Of a stretch of DNA of 64,000 nt, positions 44,421-54,039 are shown piece after piece. Each line of letters opens with the position of its first letter. Within the stretch, counting starts at the first letter, position 1. The stretch lies in assembly GCA_963753345.1 (NCBI GenBank), contig CAVWBU010000047.1, positions 64,001 to 128,000 on the forward strand, written 5' to 3'. This stretch comes from an uncultured Fibrobacterota bacterium (GTDB lineage Bacteria > Fibrobacterota > Chitinivibrionia > Chitinivibrionales > FEN-1185). Position numbers and translations under genes: made by a program. The notes beneath the pieces are model-generated. The model had not been told where the DNA came from, did no database searches, and saw only the letters and a program-made list of their open reading frames with translations.

Positions 44421-44993
44421 TTATATAATCCCTGCAATAAAATTCTTGAGCAGCGCCTTGCCCACCTGCGTGAGGATGGATTCCGGATGGAACTGCACGC
44501 CCTCGATGGGGTATTTTGTGTGCCGCACGCCCATGATGATGCCGTCCTTGGTCTGGCTTGATATTTCGAGACAGTCGGGGCACGACTTGCGCTCGATGAT
44601 GAGGCTGTGGTAGCGCGTGGCAATAAAGGGATTGGGAATGTTCGTGTAAATCTTCTTCCCGTCGTGGTGGATCTCCGACACCTTGCCGTGCATGAGATAC
44701 GGCGCGCGCACGACGCTGCCGCCGAACGCGGCGCCGATGGCCTGATGTCCCAGGCACACGCCGAGCAGCGGAATTTTCGGACCGAATGTTGTGATGACCT
44801 CAATGGAAATCCCGGCCTCGGCCGGCGTGCACGGCCCGGGCGAGACAACGATTGCCTTGGGGGAAAGCGCGCGGATTTCGTCGAGGGAGATCCTGTCGTT
44901 CCGCGCGACGCGCACCTCTCCCTTGTACAGTTCGCCGAGGTACTGCACCAGATTAAAGGTGAACGAGTCGTAATTGTCGATGATCAGGATCAT
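44421..44993 (-). CDS. trpG: Anthranilate synthase component II
   Basis: [31 protein letters not shown]. Confidence 0.95.
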   Translation of the reverse strand: MILIIDNYDSFTFNLVQYLGELYKGEVRVARNDRISLDEIRALSPKAIVVSPGPCTPAEAGISIEVITTFGPKIPLLGVCLGHQAIGAAFGGSVVRAPYLMHGKVSEIHHDGKKIYTNIPNPFIATRYHSLIIERKSCPDCLEISSQTKDGIIMGVRHTKYPIEGVQFHPESILTQVGKALLKNFIAGII

Positions 44994-44999
44994 CGGAGC

Positions 45000-46481
45000 T
45001 CAGTCTCTTCCTATGATGCTTTTCGCGTCGTTGATGGCGGTGAGAAGCGCGCGGGCCTTGTTCATGGTCTCGTCGTATTCGAGGGACGGAACCGAGTCTG
45101 CCACGATGCCCGCGCCTGCCTGGATGTACGCCGTGCCGCCCTTGCACACCACGGTGCGGATCACGATGCAGGTGTCGAGGCTGCCGGAAAAGTCGATGTA
45201 GCCGAGCGCGCCGCCGTAGATGCCGCGCCGCACCGGTTCCAGTTCGTCAATGATCTCCATGGCGCGGATCTTGGGGGCGCCCGACAGCGTGCCCGCCGGG
45301 AAACACGCGAACAGCGCGTCGAGCGCATCCTTGCCGGGCACAAGCGTTCCGGAAACGTTCGATACGAGGTGCATCACGTGCGAATACTGCTCCACGTGCA
45401 TCATCTCCTCCACCTTCACGCTGCCGTAAACGCTTACGCGGCCCACGTCGTTCCTGCCGAGATCGACGAGCATGATGTGCTCGGCCGTTTCCTTCGGGTC
45501 CTTGGTGAGCTCGTCGGCGAGGCGCTCGTCCTCCGCCTCGGTCGCGCCGCGCGGCCGCGACCCTGCAATGGGCCTCATTTCAACCATGCCGTTTTCGACC
45601 CGCACCATCATTTCCGGGGACGAGCCCGCGACCTGCACGCCGTTCAGCGACAGGAAGTACATATACGGCGACGGGTTTACGGTGCGCAGGATGCGGTAGA
45701 TGTCGAACGGGTTTGCGTCCACGCGCACGCTGATGCGCTGGGACGGCACCACCTGGAACACGTCGCCTGCGCGGATGTATTCCTTGCACGCCGCCACCGC
45801 CGCTTCGTACTGCTCTCTGGTGAACGTCGACGACGATTCCTTGACGTCGTGCACGGTCACGCCCGAAGACGCAAGCCGTACCGCAAGCTTGTCTTCGAGA
45901 CTGCCGAGCGTGTGGCACGCATCCTTGTACGCATCCTCGAGAGGAACGCCGTCGTCCGTCCGAATGGTGGTGATGAGCAGAAGCTTGTGCTCGCGATTGT
46001 CAAATGCGATGATGTCGCGGTACAGGCCGAAGAATATCTCGTCGACAAGGTTTTCATTGGGGTTCTTATCCGGGATTTCCTCAAACAGCCGAACGCAGTC
46101 GTAGGAAAAATATCCGACTGCGCCGCCGCACAGCCGCGGCAGCCCTTCCACACGGACCGTCCTGTACCGCGCCAGCAGCGAGCGGAGGCGTGCAACAGGG
46201 TCGCCCTCGCCCTTTTCCGCGTTTTGCCCCGCAATCTCCCACGACATGCCGTTGCTCCGGAACGTCGCGAACGGCTTTCCGCCGATAAAGGAGTACCGCG
46301 CCACCTTGTCGCCGCCGGTCACGCTTTCCAGCAGGAAGCTGTATGGTTCGTCTTTGTAAAGCTTGAGCCAGACCGACACGGGGGTTTCGGTGTCGGCCAG
46401 TATTTTATGGCAAACCGGGATAATGTTCCCCTGGCCTTGTTGGTCGAGAACTTTTATTTGTTCGAGAGACGGGATAATCAT
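45000..46481 (-). CDS. trpE: Anthranilate synthase component I
   Basis: FLLES, GDVFQVVPSQR, NPSPYM, EHIMLVDLGRND, PAGTLSGAPK. Confidence 0.95.
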   Translation of the reverse strand: MIIPSLEQIKVLDQQGQGNIIPVCHKILADTETPVSVWLKLYKDEPYSFLLESVTGGDKVARYSFIGGKPFATFRSNGMSWEIAGQNAEKGEGDPVARLRSLLARYRTVRVEGLPRLCGGAVGYFSYDCVRLFEEIPDKNPNENLVDEIFFGLYRDIIAFDNREHKLLLITTIRTDDGVPLEDAYKDACHTLGSLEDKLAVRLASSGVTVHDVKESSSTFTREQYEAAVAACKEYIRAGDVFQVVPSQRISVRVDANPFDIYRILRTVNPSPYMYFLSLNGVQVAGSSPEMMVRVENGMVEMRPIAGSRPRGATEAEDERLADELTKDPKETAEHIMLVDLGRNDVGRVSVYGSVKVEEMMHVEQYSHVMHLVSNVSGTLVPGKDALDALFACFPAGTLSGAPKIRAMEIIDELEPVRRGIYGGALGYIDFSGSLDTCIVIRTVVCKGGTAYIQAGAGIVADSVPSLEYDETMNKARALLTAINDAKSIIGRD

Positions 46482-46530
46482 GATGACTTACAATCCTTGA
46501 AAAAACTTAACGGGGAATAATGAAAATAAT

Positions 46531-46762
46531 TGGGCGTTGCCCTCCCCCTCGACTTCGCTTGGGGTCGGGCCGGTCTCCCTCCGGGCTCGGGCCATCTAAT
46601 TGTAGAATGTAGAATTTAGATTGTAGAATTGAAATACAAACATCGGAACATTTTTTCAATCTACATTCATCAATCTAAAATCTACAATTTAGTGGCGGCA
46701 ATTCGCTCTGGCTCACCCTCCGGTCCACCTAACGTGCGGCAGCGGGACTTCTTCTTAGTCAA
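46531..46762 (+). repeat. Family A element, copy A8 (with heptamer-repeat insert)
   Basis: TGGGCGTTGCCC...GGGCCATCTAATTGTAGAATGTAGA...CTCCGGTCCACCTAACGT-N22-GTCAA. Confidence 0.85.
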
Positions 46763-46837
46763 TTATCTTCTTCACGCCAATCGGAGTATTTAGGAAATCG
46801 GCTATTGTTTTCATGCAATTCCCATACTCCTCAACTA

Positions 46838-46993
46838 CTCCTCGTGGGTGCCGCCACAGCAATGCATGGTCTAGCAGCTGCTTTGTCAAGGCGGCTACCC
46901 AGGAGGGGGTGGCGGAGGACCGGTCGCGTATGATCAAAAAATCTGTTTGTTGAAGCGATGCGACCGGGCCGGAGCGAGGGGGACACTTCCCCC
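46838..46993 (+). repeat. Family B element B3
   Basis: TGGGTGCCGCCACAGC...ACCCAGGAGGGGGTGGCG...GGCCGGAGCGAGGGGGACACTTCCCCC. Confidence 0.75.
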
Positions 46994-47007
46994 ACCAAAA
47001 ACTTTAA

Positions 47008-49669
47008 TTAATTCAAAGCTGCCAGACTTCTCTTCAACTTCTCCAAATTTTCAAGAACACCTAAGTATTTTTCGTTTTCCTTTTTGACAACTTCCGGCGG
47101 CGCCTTGTCCGCGAAATTCGGGTTCGAAAGCTTTGCCTTTGTCGCCTCCGCGAATTTTTCGGTCTTGGCTATTTCCTTGGAAATCCTGTCGCGCTCCACC
47201 TTCCTGTCGATGAGCCCTTCGAGCTCCAAATATACCTGATGACCCAGAACCACGGCCTGGCCCGCAAAGCCGGGCCGCTTGGCCGCCGTGTCGACAACGG
47301 TTTCTTTGAGCCTGCAGAACATGTTGATCTCATTGACATGCGGCAAAAGCATTCGCGCGGCCCCGGAACTTGACGGAATAATAACCGCGCGGCCCTTCTT
47401 GTCCGGCGGAATGTTGTTTTCCGACCGGATGGTGCGCAGGGCGGTGATCACGTCCATAAGCAGCAGAAATTCAGATTCGACGGCCGCATTGACGCGCGAA
47501 GCGTCTTGTACGGGATACGAGGCCTTCATGATGGTGTCGCTGTCGAGCAGCGGCGGATACTCGATTTTCTCCCGCAGCGCCTGCCAGATTTCCTCGGTGA
47601 CAAACGGCATGAGCGGATGCAGCAACTTGAGGATGCTGCCGAGCACCCATGAGCATACGTTGAGCGCGTTCGCCGCGCGGCCAGGGTCGTCGGTCTGGTA
47701 GAAATCGGCCTTTTTCGCCTCGATGTACCAGTCGCAGAAGTCGTGCCACGTGAAGTCGTACAGGCTGTGGGCGGCCTCGTTGAGCCGGTACGACGAGAGG
47801 GCGGCCGACACGTCCGCAACAACCGTGTTGAGGCGGGACAGGATCCACACGTCGAACGGCGCAAGGCGGTCCGCCGGCGGCAGCGCCGCAAATGAATGCC
47901 GCTCTTTGATGTTGTCAAGAAGAAAACGGGACGCGTTCCACAGCTTGTTGCCGAAGTTCCTGCCGATGTCGAAGGTGTCGGGCTCCAGAAAAACATCCGC
48001 GCCCTGCGACGTGATCATGACAAGCGAGAACCGGAGCGCGTCGGCCCCGGACTTCGCAATCACCGCGAGCGGGTCGATGGAGTTTCCCAGCGACTTGCTC
48101 ATCTTGCGGCCGGTGGCGTCCCGCACGGTCCCGTGGAGGATGACGTCGGTAAAGGGCAGCTTTCCCGTAAAATGCAGTCCGGCCATGATCATGCGCGCCA
48201 CCCAGAAAAACAGGATTTCCGGGGCCGTGACGAGCACGTCGGTTGGATAGAATTTGTCAAGCACCTTCGTCCGGTCGGGCCAGCCCATGGTTGAAAAGGG
48301 CCACAGCCACGACGAGAACCACGTGTCGAGCACGTCGTCGTCCTGCGCCAGCGACACACCGTTGCATCCGGGGCACGAAGCGGGGGTGTCTTCGGCGACA
48401 ATGGTCTTTCCGCAGTCTTTGCAGTACCATACGGGAATGCGGTGTCCCCACCAGATCTGGCGCGAAATGCACCAGTCGCGGATGTTTTCCATCCAGTCGA
48501 TGTAGGTTTTTCTCCACCGGGCCGGATAAAACGTTACGCGGTTGTCAACCGCTGCGGCAAGCGCGCCTGCGGCCAGCGGTTTCATCTTCACGAACCACTG
48601 GTTGGAATAGTACGGCTCCACCACGGTGTGGCAGCGGTAGCAGTGTCCCACGGCGTGGACGTGGTCTTCTATCTTGTCAACAAGGCCGAGCGCCTCCATG
48701 TCGGCGACGATCTCCTTGCGGCACGCAAAACGGTCGGTGCCGATGTATTTCTGCGGGATGGGGCCGGTCATGCAGCCGCCCTCGTCCATGACCACGATGG
48801 GCGCCATGGCATGGCGCAGGCCCATCTGGAAGTCGTTGGGGTCGTGCGCGGGCGTCACCTTCACCGCGCCGGTGCCGAATTCCCGGTCCACGAAGTCGTC
48901 GGCGATAATGGGGATCTCCCGGTTTACAAGAGGCAAGACAAGCATCTTCCCCACAAGGGCGGTGTACCGCTCGTCGGCCGGGTTCACCGCCACGGCCGTA
49001 TCGCCGAGCATGGTTTCGGGCCGGGTGGTTGCAACCGTGACGGACCCGTTCCCGTCTGCAAAGGGATACCTGAAATGATACAGTTTGCCGTTGGACTTCC
49101 TTGTGCTCGGCCTCCTCGTCGGACAGCGCGGTGCGGCAGCGCGGGCACCAGTTGATGATGTATTTGCCGCGGTAGATGAGTCCTTCGTTGTACAGCTGCA
49201 CGAACACTTTTCGCACCGCGCGGGAGAGCCCTTCGTCCATGGTGAAGCGCTCCCGGTCCCAGTCGCACGACGAGCCGAGCTTCTTGAGCTGGTTGGTGAT
49301 GGTCGCATGGTACTGTTCCTTCCAGCTCCACACTTCCTTGACAAACGCCTCCCTGCCCAGGTCGTGGCGGGTCTTTTTCTCCTTGGCGAGCTTCTTCTCA
49401 ACAACGTTCTGCGTGGCAATGCCGGCATGGTCGGTGCCCGGCATCCACAGGGCCTCGAAGCCCTGCATGCGTTTGAAACGGATGAGAATGTCCTGGATCG
49501 TGTTGTTGAGCGCGTGGCCCATGTGAAGAATGCCGGTCACGTTGGGCGGCGGGATCACAATCGAATACTTCGGTTTGGTGGAATTCTCATCGGCATGGAA
49601 ATGCCCCCTCTCCATCCAGGAGGCATACCATTTGTCTTCGACGCGCGCAGGGTCGTATTGCTTTTCCAT
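47008..49669 (-). CDS. valS: Valyl-tRNA synthetase; single-base frameshift near 49093
   Basis: [48 protein letters not shown]. Confidence 0.97.
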
Positions 49670-49897
49670 TGGGCACGCTCTCCGAAACCGCAGGGATCGC
49701 CGGGAAAATCAGCCCTTTTCGGCAGTGGTTGTGCCGGAAAGTGAAGCAGGAAATATACAACAACGCTGGAGATTTTGAAGAGAAAAGAGGAAACGGATCA
49801 GGCCGTTATCCGGCTGCGTTCCGCGCTCCCTGTGCCGCGGGGCAGACAAGCCGGGCAACGGCAATGTGCCCGCTGCTCATTGGCTGCCCCGTGCAGG

Positions 49898-50536
49898 TCA
49901 GTTGCCGTACAGCGCCCTAAGCTGGTCCACGGTCGGATGCCCGGCGTAGAATTCTCCCTGCGGCCCTATATAGCCGTCCTTGTGTTTGACAAGCTTGACG
50001 GAAGAAAACCCGCCTTTCGAATTCGGAACGCCCACGGTAACCGTGTCGGCAGATGCCGACTTCTGCTGGCCGGCTGCCGCCTGCGACGCCCCTGGTGCGC
50101 TCGACAGCGATTTCGCTTCGGTACCGGTTCCCGATGCCGTTGACGTCTGCGACGGTGCGTTGTTCTGCACCGATGCCGCAGGAGCGGCGGTTGTCGCCGG
50201 CTGAGGCGGCGGCGGTGACACAATCACGTAACCGTCCGAATACGGCCGGAAATATACGCCGTTATAGTAGTAGTACCTTTCGGCGCCGACAATAAAAGTG
50301 GTGGAGCCGTCGGGAAGATAGGCGACATAGGCGCCTATCGGAGGCGCAATAACCGTAACGTCTGGCCACCAGGGACCGTAGTACGGCCAGCCGTAGTACC
50401 CATGATAGTAGAATCCACCGTGGTAGAAATGTCCGCCGAAACGACCCCAGGCAAACGCGCTTGAAGACGACAGTATCATGATCATCGCGGCCGCAATTGC
50501 AAGTGCCGCCCCTTGCCGTGCTGTGTGACTGTTCAT
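49898..50536 (-). CDS. Secreted Gly/Tyr/Pro-rich protein (DUF6515-like)
   Basis: AAGGAGG RBS, signal peptide, APPIGAYV..LP...YYYYNGVYF...GYVIV.PP. Confidence 0.7.
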   Translation of the reverse strand: MNSHTARQGAALAIAAAMIMILSSSSAFAWGRFGGHFYHGGFYYHGYYGWPYYGPWWPDVTVIAPPIGAYVAYLPDGSTTFIVGAERYYYYNGVYFRPYSDGYVIVSPPPPQPATTAAPAASVQNNAPSQTSTASGTGTEAKSLSSAPGASQAAAGQQKSASADTVTVGVPNSKGGFSSVKLVKHKDGYIGPQGEFYAGHPTVDQLRALYGN

Positions 50537-50560
50537 AAACCCCTCCTTTCCCAACCATAA

Positions 50561-50591
50561 ATTAGACGGAGAGAAGAACCGGAGCGTTACA
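50561..50591 (-). promoter_or_regulatory. Putative ECF-sigma promoter
   Basis: TGTAAC-N18-GTCTAAT upstream of 50536. Confidence 0.55.
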
Positions 50592-50625
50592 GGAACTGCG
50601 TTGGCTCTTCAGCGACAAATATAAC

Positions 50626-50665
50626 AAAAAAACAGCCCCGCGTGTTGAAACGCGACACTGGGCTG
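50626..50665 (-). terminator. Intrinsic terminator
   Basis: CAGCCCAGTGTCGCG...GGGGCTG plus T7 on the minus strand. Confidence 0.6.
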
Positions 50666-50704
50666 CGCACGGAATCTGTGGGCAATCCAGATCGAAGCGA
50701 ATTT

Positions 50705-51163
50705 CTAATCGTCTTCGCCGTGACCCCAGTGTGCGTGCCTTCTTTCGTGCCCAAAACCCCTCGCCCGTTTACCCTGCATTTCAAGGAACTTCTTAAACTG
50801 CTCCGGCGTAAGAATTTGCTTGATCTTCATAATGTTTGAAATGCTGTTCTTGATCATCTGTTTGTGCTGCTGCGCAATTTGGTCGGCATATCCTTCGAGA
50901 GCGGTCTGGTCCGGTTTGGCCTTGAGAAATTCATCCTTCATCTTGTGGCGAAGAGCCTTGGCGGCCTCAAAACCGGCCTTCATCTTTTCCCGCATTTCTT
51001 TGCGCTGCTGTTTGAGTTGGTCCTGCTGCGCCTGACTAAGTCCCAGTGCAGCCCAGCCATGGTGTCCATGGCAGCAGCATCCAGCCGAATCCTGGCCCGC
51101 ATACAGCGGAGCAGCGAGAAGCCCGGCGACAGATACGGCGATCATCACAATATGTCGGGTCAT
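50705..51163 (-). CDS. Spy/CpxP-family periplasmic protein
   Basis: Signal peptide, LGLSQAQQ and ILTPEQ (LTxxQ) motifs, helical. Confidence 0.85.
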   Translation of the reverse strand: MTRHIVMIAVSVAGLLAAPLYAGQDSAGCCCHGHHGWAALGLSQAQQDQLKQQRKEMREKMKAGFEAAKALRHKMKDEFLKAKPDQTALEGYADQIAQQHKQMIKNSISNIMKIKQILTPEQFKKFLEMQGKRARGFGHERRHAHWGHGEDD

Positions 51164-51220
51164 GATTTCCTCCTTTTGTAAATATCCTGTGAGATTTCCG
51201 TTCCCCCTCGTGTTCAACGC

Positions 51221-51250
51221 ATTTGACCATATGCGGACGGCCCTTGTTAC
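51221..51250 (-). promoter_or_regulatory. Putative ECF-sigma promoter
   Basis: GTAAC-N18-GTCAAAT upstream of the Spy-like gene. Confidence 0.55.
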
Positions 51251-51296
51251 GCTTAAGGACCTGCTCGCATTCCGCAGATCATGCGGCAACGCTGCC

Positions 51297-51326
51297 GAAA
51301 CACCTCTGCCCACCTCGCGGTCTAAC
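51297..51326 (+). promoter_or_regulatory. Putative ECF-sigma promoter
   Basis: GAAAC-N18-GTCTAAC upstream of 51383. Confidence 0.55.
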
Positions 51327-51382
51327 TATATTTAGGTACTGTTGCACCTCGTCAACATTTTCTTCCCATGGAGGTTGGCATC

Positions 51383-52231
51383 GTGAGGAAAACTCTGCCG
51401 TTGCTGTGCATCATCCTGGCCTTGGTGCTTATGGTCTGCGAACCGCCCGAAATCGTTCAAAGCAAATGGACGGACGCAGACAGCCTCCTCACCGTTGATC
51501 CCGGCCGCTGGAAAACCTTTGTGCAATATCCCGACGATCCTCAATTCGGGATCGGCGTGAAAAACGACGATAGATTCCTGTACCTCTGCATGACCTCCTG
51601 GAAGCGGGAGGTAAACGAGCGCATTCTGAGGCACGGGTTCACTACCTGGTTTACGAGCAAGTCGAAAAAGGGCAAACGGTTCGGCATTCACTACCCCATG
51701 GGGCTTCCGGACAATGCGCTGGCCGCGGACCGTCGGTCTCACCGAGGAGGCGGAGGCCGAGAACCTGTCAGGCAGATGACGGTGGAGATGTTCCAGGAAA
51801 TGGAACTTCTGGGGCCGGGAAAAAACGACAGCGTTCCCGTTAAAATTGCCGTTGCCGAGACCTTCGGCATTGTTGCAAAGTTGTTTCCCACCGACGAGAG
51901 CCTTGTCTACCTGCTCAAGGTTCCGTTCAATTCCGATTCGGTAAGCAAGTACGCTATGGACGTCGGAAAAGACACGCTGATAAGCGTGACCTTTGAGACC
52001 TTTGTTCCGGAGTCTCCGTCCGACCACGAAGGAGCGGATGGCCAGCAGGCGTCGGTTCCCATGGGTATGGGCGGGGGCAGTAGTGGCAGTGCGGGGGCCG
52101 GCGGAACCCACGGCGGCGGCATGCACGGCGGCGGTGGCGGCCGCGAAGCCCCGGTTGCCGAGGAATTTGTCGCGCCGTTCAGCGCCGGTTTTACAATAGG
52201 GAAAGCCGGAAGTAAAGAGCCACGGCCATAG
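51383..52231 (+). CDS. Putative lipoprotein with Gly-rich segment
   Basis: GGAGG RBS, hydrophobic leader ending in Cys; GVKNDDRFLYL, GFTTWF, FGIHYPMG. Confidence 0.7.
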   Translation: MRKTLPLLCIILALVLMVCEPPEIVQSKWTDADSLLTVDPGRWKTFVQYPDDPQFGIGVKNDDRFLYLCMTSWKREVNERILRHGFTTWFTSKSKKGKRFGIHYPMGLPDNALAADRRSHRGGGGREPVRQMTVEMFQEMELLGPGKNDSVPVKIAVAETFGIVAKLFPTDESLVYLLKVPFNSDSVSKYAMDVGKDTLISVTFETFVPESPSDHEGADGQQASVPMGMGGGSSGSAGAGGTHGGGMHGGGGGREAPVAEEFVAPFSAGFTIGKAGSKEPRP

Positions 52232-52327
52232 GCCGTGGCTTTGATGAGGGGGTGTAACCCCCGAAATCAAAGAAAAGCGCGTAAGCGCTTTAGCGTAACA
52301 TTGTGCACCACGCCCATAGGGCGTGGT
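52218..52327. repeat. Four-hairpin palindromic element with matching terminal hairpins
   Basis: AGCCACGGCC-ATA-GGCCGTGGCT and ACCACGCCC-ATA-GGGCGTGGT enclose two further hairpins. Confidence 0.65.
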
Positions 52328-52411
52328 CTGTTTTTGAGAAAACGCCATTGGCTTTTCTCTACTGCTTGTTCACGCTGCACAAAATCAGGGAAAATAGCCG
52401 CAGCGCCTTCC

Positions 52412-53188
52412 TCAGGAAACCGCAGTGATGGATGGATGGTCTCCGCAGACGGGACAGGCAGGGTTGCGCCGGACATTCACGGTGCGGAACTCCATGGTGA
52501 GCGCGTCAACCGTGAGCAGCCGGTTCGCAAGAAGCTCGCCCGCATTGGCGACATACTTGACAGCCTCCACGGCTTGAATGATGCCGATCATTCCGGCAAG
52601 CGGCCCCAGTATTCCGGCCTGCGCGGTGGTCGGGACCGCGCCCTGGGGCGGCGGCGCAGGGAACACGCAGCGATAGCACGCCGATTTTCCCGGAACAACG
52701 GTCATGGTCTGCCCGGAACATTGCAGGACGCCTGCGTGCGAAAAGGGTTTGTTCGCGATCACGCACGCGTCGTTGATGAGGAACTTGGTTGCGAAGTTGT
52801 CTGTCGCGTCGATGACAAACTCATAGTCCTTGATGACGTCGCCGACGGTGTCTGCGTTCAGAAACGTCCGGTATGCATTCACGGTTATGCCGGGGTTGAG
52901 CGCCAGCATCTTTTCCCGCGCGGACTCCGTCTTGGGGCGGTCAATGTCTTTTGTAAAGTGAATGACTTGTCTCTGGAGATTGGTGATGTCCACCGGGTCC
53001 GCGTCCGCTATGCCGATCGTGCCGACCCCTGCGGCGGCAAGGTACAGTGCCGCGGGAGACCCGAGCCCGCCCAGTCCTACGACAAGCACCCTGGACGCAA
53101 GGATCTTCTCCTGTCCGTCTTCGCCGATGCCCGCAAGCAAAATGTGCCTGCCGTACCGCTTGCGCTGCTCTTCTGTCAAGCCAGCCAC
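52412..53188 (-). CDS. moeB: MoeB/ThiF/HesA-family adenylyltransferase
   Basis: RYGRHILL, VGLGGLGSP, TNLQRQ, DATDNF, CYRC, CPVC. Confidence 0.88.
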   Translation of the reverse strand: MAGLTEEQRKRYGRHILLAGIGEDGQEKILASRVLVVGLGGLGSPAALYLAAAGVGTIGIADADPVDITNLQRQVIHFTKDIDRPKTESAREKMLALNPGITVNAYRTFLNADTVGDVIKDYEFVIDATDNFATKFLINDACVIANKPFSHAGVLQCSGQTMTVVPGKSACYRCVFPAPPPQGAVPTTAQAGILGPLAGMIGIIQAVEAVKYVANAGELLANRLLTVDALTMEFRTVNVRRNPACPVCGDHPSITAVS

Positions 53189-53292
53189 AGAGGCCGTCCC
53201 TTCTTTCCCGCACCCACAGAAACACGCGTTGTCTATTCAGCGCCTCAACTCGTTTACACGTTTACTCGTCAACACGTTAATGTTCCAGCGCT

Positions 53293-54039
53293 TTAGTCCC
53301 TTGCCATAGACAGAACCCGCACCCTTGTTGCGCCCGCGTCAAGCAGGGCCTGGCTGCATCGGCCCGTCGTTGCGCCGGTGGTGACGATGTCGTCCACCAG
53401 AACCACGCCTTTGTCCCTTACGAGGTCCGGCCGGGGCACGCAAAAGGCGCCTGCCAGGTTTTTAAGCCTGCCCTCCCGGGAAAGCGCGGTCTGCGTTCTC
53501 GTGGCTCTTCTTCTCTGTAAAGCACTTGCTCGAAGCACGGGCCGGCCTTCGCGGGACGCGCAGACGCCGGCCGCAAACCGCTCCGCCTGATTGTATCCGC
53601 GCGAAAGCCTTCGGAACACGTGGAGCGGCACGGGAACAACAAGGTCCATGCCGTCGAAAAAATCCGCAGGAACAAGGTTGCCGAACGTTCTGCCCATGTC
53701 GAAGGCAAGCCGCGAAAGACCGCCGTACTTGAAGGCGTGCGCGATTTCCTTGACAACGTCGTCAAAGTCGAACAGGGAGACAATCCGTTCAAACGGAAAA
53801 TCCCACGCGTGCTCGCACGCGCATACGGCAATGCGGCGGTCCTGCGCGCACCGCGGGCAGGGGTCGCGGCTGCTGTGGTTCTGCTCCAGCCGCGAAACAC
53901 ACGAGTCGCACAGCCACGGGTTTTCCCGGGCGCAGGGGCGCCTGCATGCGATGCACAGGCCCGGAAAGAAAAGGTCGCGCGCGTTGCGCAGGCCGCGGGA
54001 AAGCGTTGCCTTGACAAACGTGACAGGGTCAGGCGGCAT
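53293..54039 (-). CDS. comF: ComF-family amidophosphoribosyltransferase-like protein
   Basis: Zn-ribbon cysteines, VPVPLH, RGYNQAE, LVDDIVTTGAT. Confidence 0.9.
   Translation of the reverse strand: MPPDPVTFVKATLSRGLRNARDLFFPGLCIACRRPCARENPWLCDSCVSRLEQNHSSRDPCPRCAQDRRIAVCACEHAWDFPFERIVSLFDFDDVVKEIAHAFKYGGLSRLAFDMGRTFGNLVPADFFDGMDLVVPVPLHVFRRLSRGYNQAERFAAGVCASREGRPVLRASALQRRRATRTQTALSREGRLKNLAGAFCVPRPDLVRDKGVVLVDDIVTTGATTGRCSQALLDAGATRVRVLSMARD

Noticed and set aside
46482-47007. trp attenuator or T-box upstream of trpE
   Set aside because: No Trp-rich leader or T-box consensus found; the region is occupied by repeat elements A8 and B3.
49085-49100. Programmed frameshifting in valS, trpC or hisF
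   Set aside because: No slippery sites or stimulatory structures; indels are widespread and look like read errors.
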